A stretch of DNA of 64,000 nt from Acutalibacteraceae bacterium (GTDB lineage Bacteria > Bacillota > Clostridia > Oscillospirales > Acutalibacteraceae). The DNA is taken from contig JAZUHF010000041.1 of NCBI GenBank assembly GCA_045641585.1, forward strand, positions 2,217 through 66,216, given 5' to 3'. The position numbers were made by a program, and so were the translations under genes. The notes under the pieces are model-generated. The model was not told where the DNA came from. It worked only from the letters and a program-made list of their open reading frames with translations, and ran no database searches. Positions 58,940 through 64,000 of this stretch are shown here, one piece after another. Positions within the stretch are counted from its first letter, which is position 1. Each line of letters opens with the position of its first letter.

Positions 58940-61104
58940 AAATTTATGTAAGAAAAATTTATCCGCATGATACAACACATGAAATCAGTGTTACTACTGA
59001 AATAGTAAATGATTTTTTTGACGGTCAAACAAGTATGACTTTTGTCGGTAAAACATCAAATTATTCCGGAACAGTTACCATAAACGCTGCTACCGATCCG
59101 AGGTTTGGCGGTGTCATTAAAACACTTGTTGAAAAAGAAGGCGGCGTAGATGTTGATGACTTACTGTTAATTGTTAAAAAATCAGATAAATATGTTTTAG
59201 AAACAATCAAAAAGACCGACGGCAGATATCAATCATTTTTCGAGATGTTTCTTGGAAAAGAAAGACATATAGTTTTTTCAAAGGATGATAATCTTATCAT
59301 TGAACTTAACGAAAATGATAACGCTTATTCCTTTGATGAACTTGTAGAAATCATAAATAGTATTTATGATTCTGCTCAATCAGGCGATAAGTCGAATGCT
59401 ATTAGAATGTTTGGCTTCAAATATGCCGAAGCCATTTCAAAATTAAACATTAACCCACAAAAAATTATCGATTCATCAAAAATAGACAGCAATTCATATG
59501 GCGGTGAAATTACAAAAGCCATCAATATGTATAATTCGATTAAGAACAATGAATTTGGTATTAAATTTGTGCGTGAGAATTTAAATAACCAAGATATAGA
59601 TTGGCACAATGAAGAACCAACTGATGAAGAATACAATAGATTTAAAAATTTGATTAAAGAATTTGTTTCTCAAATCAATATTAATACCGGATATGTTGAG
59701 GGAACAAAAAAATATGCTTATGCCGGATCAAAAGCATCAAAAGAATTATTTAATAAGTATAGCCAATACAATGGATTTGAATTAACTTGCAGATTAGCAA
59801 GCGGTTTCCAAGTTGCCCAAGACAATGCAAATTATTTAAATTATGAATGGGTAAATTTAAATCCTCATTTTGAAAAATCAACAAAATCATGTGTGTCGTT
59901 ATTTATTAATGTCAAACCTGATATGATTGTAAAGTATTCCGGAAAATCTTATTCAGTGAGTTCGCTCGGATTATACGATGAACAACCAAACATTGTCTTG
60001 AAGGATATGTTTTGTGAATTTCGAGATCAAATATTCAAATGGCAAAGCGGAGTGTATTCGTTAGAAAATGAAGAACAACTTGAATATGATTATAGCGCTT
60101 CAAGTGGAAATGCCATCAATAAAATATACTATGGCACTCCCGGTTGCGGAAAATCTTATCATGTTGATCATGATGTTTTGGGTAAAAATGACAGTGGGGA
60201 TTATTGCGGCGAATACAAGGAAGAAAATATTATTCGCACAACTTTCTTTCAAGATTATTCAAACACAGATTTTATTGGACAGGTTATGCCTGTTATTACA
60301 ACCGAGGTAAATGGTGAAGGTAAAGAGGAACAAATAGTAACTTATAGATTTGTTCCCGGCCCGTTTACCATTGCGTTGGAATGTGCAATTGCTCATCCAA
60401 CCGAGAAAGTAGCACTTGTTATTGAAGAATTAAATCGAGGAAATGCACCGAGTATTTTTGGTGACCTTTTCCAACTCCTTGACAGAATTGATGAAAACGG
60501 AAAAGGTTATCCCATAGGAACAAGTGAGTATGGCATAACTAATGTTAACATAATAAATTATTTATCGGACAATAAGCATTACGAAAAGAAGTGGCAGTAC
60601 TCTTTTAATCTTAATGAAATTCGATTACCTGCAAATTTGTATCTTTTTGCAACCATGAACACAAGCGATCAAAATGTATTTACGCTTGATACAGCATTCA
60701 AACGCAGATGGGAATTTAAAAAATTAAAGAATGAATTTTCTGATAAGCACACATACGCTGATTACAAAATTCCCGGAATGCCTGACATCACATGGAAAAA
60801 GTTGGTTAATGATATAAATGATTACATCGTCAGCGATGTAGATGCTATTGCTTCTGAAGACAAACAAATCGGCGTGTACTTTGTTGCCAAAAACATGTTG
60901 TGTCTTACCGAATCAGAATGTGATGATGAGCAAAAAAAGCTGAAATTTGCTTACAAGTTGTTTGAATATTTGTGGGATGACGTTGCAAAGTTTTCACGAC
61001 CTAATTGGTTTGGCGATGTTAAAACATTAGACAAGTTAATTGAAAAGTATTTAACCGACGGGATAAAGGTGTTTAAAGATGGAGTCATCAAAAACAATCA
61101 ATAA
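58936..61104 (+). CDS. McrB-family AAA+ GTPase, LlaJI.R1-like restriction subunit
   Basis: 722 aa; YYGTPGCGKS (Walker A), VIEELNRGN...IFGDLFQLLDR, FATMNTSDQ (McrB NxxD GTP signature), FKRRWEF; long N-terminal DNA-binding region. Confidence 0.8.
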   Translation: MKIYVRKIYPHDTTHEISVTTEIVNDFFDGQTSMTFVGKTSNYSGTVTINAATDPRFGGVIKTLVEKEGGVDVDDLLLIVKKSDKYVLETIKKTDGRYQSFFEMFLGKERHIVFSKDDNLIIELNENDNAYSFDELVEIINSIYDSAQSGDKSNAIRMFGFKYAEAISKLNINPQKIIDSSKIDSNSYGGEITKAINMYNSIKNNEFGIKFVRENLNNQDIDWHNEEPTDEEYNRFKNLIKEFVSQININTGYVEGTKKYAYAGSKASKELFNKYSQYNGFELTCRLASGFQVAQDNANYLNYEWVNLNPHFEKSTKSCVSLFINVKPDMIVKYSGKSYSVSSLGLYDEQPNIVLKDMFCEFRDQIFKWQSGVYSLENEEQLEYDYSASSGNAINKIYYGTPGCGKSYHVDHDVLGKNDSGDYCGEYKEENIIRTTFFQDYSNTDFIGQVMPVITTEVNGEGKEEQIVTYRFVPGPFTIALECAIAHPTEKVALVIEELNRGNAPSIFGDLFQLLDRIDENGKGYPIGTSEYGITNVNIINYLSDNKHYEKKWQYSFNLNEIRLPANLYLFATMNTSDQNVFTLDTAFKRRWEFKKLKNEFSDKHTYADYKIPGMPDITWKKLVNDINDYIVSDVDAIASEDKQIGVYFVAKNMLCLTESECDDEQKKLKFAYKLFEYLWDDVAKFSRPNWFGDVKTLDKLIEKYLTDGIKVFKDGVIKNNQ

Positions 61105-62350
61105 TCTTTTCTTGCATAGTGTTACCGGCGGAGTTGATGACTCATTTGTTGGGTTAAAAACTATTGGAAATGAAATACATATTTTTCATCCTGAGTGCTA
61201 CGCAATTGATATCAACTCTCCGGAAATTCGTGAGGATATTCTTGCTTTGTTAAAAACCGTTTCAATCGCAAAGACTGCGTCCATAGAACATTCCAAAGTA
61301 TATAACACGCATAACAAAGACGGTGATTTTGCATTATTCTCATACATTTGGATAATAAAGGATTATTTGTCTCACGGATTCTATGTGAACAGAGAAAAAG
61401 TCTATCAAATTAATGAGAACGGCAAAATCAATTGGAAAAAGACGATGCAGTCGGATGCTATTGTATCCAAGAGAAACATTGTATTCCCGAATATAACGGT
61501 TGAACGCAAGAGCAATATCGATAATATCCTTGTCGAAATACATAAGTACTGTGTTAAGAAAAGTATTGATTATATTGGGTGGCTTTTTAACCTATCCTCA
61601 AGCTTTATTCAAGTTCAAAAGTTCACAACAAGCATGAAAAAGCTTTATCTTGATACCATCAATCAAGAATTGGATCATACTTTTGTTGATGAAAAAAAGA
61701 TTCTTCTTACTCATATGAGAAATGTAATAATTGGACTGAACGAAAGCTCCAACAACAAAGATTTTGTTTACGGCGTCGATTCCTACTATTACATTTTTGA
61801 ACGAATGGTTGACTCGATTTTTGGAAATGTAACAAATATTAGCAATTTCTATCCTTCTGCAAAATGGCAACTTGTTAGAAACGACTTCAAAGAAATTGAA
61901 AGTTCTAAATTGCGTCCGGATACAATCATTCTTAAAGATGATGAAAGCGGCAACAAATTGGCGTTCATTCTTGATTCAAAGTTTTATCGCTTTGGTTTTA
62001 CGGGCAATGAATCCGATTTGCCTGAAACAACATCCATTCAAAAACAAATTACATATGGCGATTATATCTTGAAAAATTCTCCAATAAGCGTTACTCGCAT
62101 ATACAACGCTTTCCTCTTACCATATGACAAGAATAGAGAAACATTTAAGAGCGATAAAAATCTCCAGTATATTGGATTTGCCAAATCAACTTGGAAAGAC
62201 AATTCCATGAGTCACGATATAATACATGCTTTTCTCATAGACTTAAAGCATGTTATTAAAACTTGGAATCAATTTAACCATTTTGACGATGTTGACGCAT
62301 TGGTGAATGAAATTCTTTCAAGCCATAAGTCTATTCCATCCAATGTGTAA
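61079..62350 (+). CDS. LlaJI.R2 / McrC-like restriction endonuclease subunit
   Basis: 423 aa; overlaps R1 by 26 nt; C-terminal ...RPDTIILKDDESGNKLAFILDSKFY... PD-(D/E)xK-like core. Confidence 0.65.
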   Translation: MESSKTINNLFLHSVTGGVDDSFVGLKTIGNEIHIFHPECYAIDINSPEIREDILALLKTVSIAKTASIEHSKVYNTHNKDGDFALFSYIWIIKDYLSHGFYVNREKVYQINENGKINWKKTMQSDAIVSKRNIVFPNITVERKSNIDNILVEIHKYCVKKSIDYIGWLFNLSSSFIQVQKFTTSMKKLYLDTINQELDHTFVDEKKILLTHMRNVIIGLNESSNNKDFVYGVDSYYYIFERMVDSIFGNVTNISNFYPSAKWQLVRNDFKEIESSKLRPDTIILKDDESGNKLAFILDSKFYRFGFTGNESDLPETTSIQKQITYGDYILKNSPISVTRIYNAFLLPYDKNRETFKSDKNLQYIGFAKSTWKDNSMSHDIIHAFLIDLKHVIKTWNQFNHFDDVDALVNEILSSHKSIPSNV

Positions 62351-62365
62351 AAGTAGGATTCAATT

Positions 62366-63301
62366 ATGAAAGTTTGTAGTTTGTTCAGCGGAATAGGCGG
62401 CATTGATCTTGGCTTTCAACAAGCCGGGTTTGATATTGTTTGGGCAAATGAATTTGACAAAGATGCAGCGACAACCTATCGCTTGAATTTTGGTGACCAA
62501 CATTTAGTTGAAACAGATATCCGAAATGTTGATGTTTCTTCTATTCCGGATTTTGATGTTTTGGTTGCAGGATTCCCTTGTCAGCCTTTTTCCATTGTGG
62601 GTATGAAAAAAGGTTTTAATGATCCAAGAGGAAATCTGTTCTTTCAAATAAAAAGAGTGGTTGAAGCAAAACTTCCAAAAATAATTTTCCTTGAAAATGT
62701 TGAGAATTTACTTGAGCATGATGACGGGAAATCATTTTTGGTCATATACAACGCATTGGTTCCGTATGGATATTCTTTCAAATATAAAGTATTGAACGCG
62801 TGTGAATACGGCAATGTCCCGCAGCATAGAAAAAGAATATTCATCGTTGCTTTTCTTGACAATGAAGCCTGCGAAAGATTTTCTTTTCCCGAACCCATTG
62901 AACTTACCGTAAAGTTGAATGACATTTTGGTTCGTAATGTTAAGCATGACGCTTCATATTATTATGACGAATCAAGCCAATATTATAACGACTTGAAAAG
63001 AATAGTCAAAGATAAAAATGCTTTGTATAAAATCAACGATTACGGCGTTTCAAAAAAAGCATATTATATTTGTCCTACCCTTACGGCAAATATGGGCACA
63101 TTCCACGATAGAGTACCGATAATACTCGATGATTACGGAATAAGAAAAATAACGCCATATGAATGTCTTTCTTTGCAAGGATTTCCAAGCACATTTCGCT
63201 TTGCTAACATTCCAATGAGTAGTGCATATAAACAATGTGGGAATAGTGTGGTTGTACCCGTTATAAAAAGAATAGCTGAAGAAATCAAAATTGCGAATTA
63301 A
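62366..63301 (+). CDS. DNA (cytosine-5)-methyltransferase (second, compact)
   Basis: SLFSGIGGIDLGF (I), GFPCQPFS (IV), IFLENVENL (VI), QCGNSVVVPV (X). Confidence 0.9.
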   Translation: MKVCSLFSGIGGIDLGFQQAGFDIVWANEFDKDAATTYRLNFGDQHLVETDIRNVDVSSIPDFDVLVAGFPCQPFSIVGMKKGFNDPRGNLFFQIKRVVEAKLPKIIFLENVENLLEHDDGKSFLVIYNALVPYGYSFKYKVLNACEYGNVPQHRKRIFIVAFLDNEACERFSFPEPIELTVKLNDILVRNVKHDASYYYDESSQYYNDLKRIVKDKNALYKINDYGVSKKAYYICPTLTANMGTFHDRVPIILDDYGIRKITPYECLSLQGFPSTFRFANIPMSSAYKQCGNSVVVPVIKRIAEEIKIAN

Positions 63302-63378
63302 TATGGAACCAAATTGATATAGAATGCAAATAGCAAAAATATTGCATGGAAATGTTATGTTTCGAGTGGGAGTAGAGT

Positions 63379-64000
63379 ATGACAACCGAAGAATATATTT
63401 CGCTGCTTATTGAAAAGCATCAAGAAAATGAATATGTGGATTTTAAGCGTTGCTATTATGATGACGATAAGAAATACGATCTCATAAAAGATGTTGTTGC
63501 CTTTTCAAACGAGCCATCTTCAATTGATAAGTATATTGTGTTTGGCATAGAGAATAGGACGTTCAATGTTATTGAAATAGATGAAAACACACTTCCGGAT
63601 GTGTCAACAATAAATGACTTAATACATACTTATGTTGAACCGTTTATTAATATAGAACTCGGAACAATTAACTTTAATAATCATTTGTTGGGGTACATTA
63701 AAATACCTTTTGAGCAGGCAGATAGACCATATGTTATTAAAAAAGACTACAGTAAGCATGGCAAAACATTTTTGCGATGCGGTGAAGTCTATATTAGAAA
63801 GAATGCCAACAATTTCATCGCAAGTCGTTATGATTTAGACAGAATATACAGGAGCAATGGCGCATTAAAGGTTGAAATATTTGATTCAAAAATAGAGATT
63901 GGACAAGTACAATTTCATCGTTACGCAAATTGTTTTGGTCAAATACGAGTTGTAATAAAAAACGACACCAATCATCCAATCAATCTATATAAAATCACTT
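63379..64000 (+). CDS. AlbA_2/Schlafen-like putative DNA-binding domain protein (partial, runs off the window)
   Basis: ATG 63379, open to the end of the window. ...ENEYVDFKRCYY...KDVVAFSNE...YIVFGIE... resembles the AlbA_2 (AAA_4) N-terminal domain. Confidence 0.45.
   Translation, partial: MTTEEYISLLIEKHQENEYVDFKRCYYDDDKKYDLIKDVVAFSNEPSSIDKYIVFGIENRTFNVIEIDENTLPDVSTINDLIHTYVEPFINIELGTINFNNHLLGYIKIPFEQADRPYVIKKDYSKHGKTFLRCGEVYIRKNANNFIASRYDLDRIYRSNGALKVEIFDSKIEIGQVQFHRYANCFGQIRVVIKNDTNHPINLYKIT

Larger units (their letters stand above)
48900..64000. mobile_element. Genomic (defence) island inserted in spoVAD; right end lies beyond the window
   Basis: Abrupt loss of spoVAD homology at 48899/48900. 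Everything downstream is accessory (defence, R-M, XRE regulators) and looks AT-richer by eye. No recombinase is seen inside the window. Confidence 0.6.

Overview
This is a 64-kb chromosomal segment from a low-GC, spore-forming Bacillota (Clostridia-like) organism; spoVAC/spoVAD and yunB are present. The backbone carries a lipoprotein, tRNA-Ser(GGA), a DAACS-type symporter, a TetR / MMPL / YhgE-like efflux cluster, MarR-MATE, uvrB, an amino-acid ABC transporter, a CapD-like dehydratase, a class A PBP, yunB, ligA and spoVAC/AD. Three accessory blocks that look more AT-rich by eye interrupt the backbone, and each abuts a broken housekeeping gene. (i) About 12.3-20.2 kb: starts at a truncated TetR gene and carries a WYL regulator + Mrr-like nuclease cassette next to a duplicated WYL 3' remnant. 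(ii) About 20.4-34.8 kb: a ~14.4-kb integrative island in the 5' end of uvrB. The displaced uvrB 5' fragment is at the left, Xis + two tandem tyrosine integrases are at the right, and a chimeric uvrB is restored. Its cargo is a DUF4238 gene, an ATP-grasp / STAND-NTPase pair bracketed by perfect 26-bp inverted repeats beside a third tyrosine recombinase, AbiE, and a DUF262 / ABC-ATPase / RelE-like-fusion operon. (iii) 48.9 to >64 kb: inserted in spoVAD. It carries an uncharacterised XRE + 520-aa + coiled-coil/TM cassette, a SLOG protein, DUF4297-HerA, Vsr + a LlaJI-like (McrBC-type) R-M cluster with three C5-MTase-fold genes, and an AlbA_2/Schlafen-like gene. I saw no rRNA, CRISPR array or transposase. 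All family calls come from reading motifs by eye; no database search was run.
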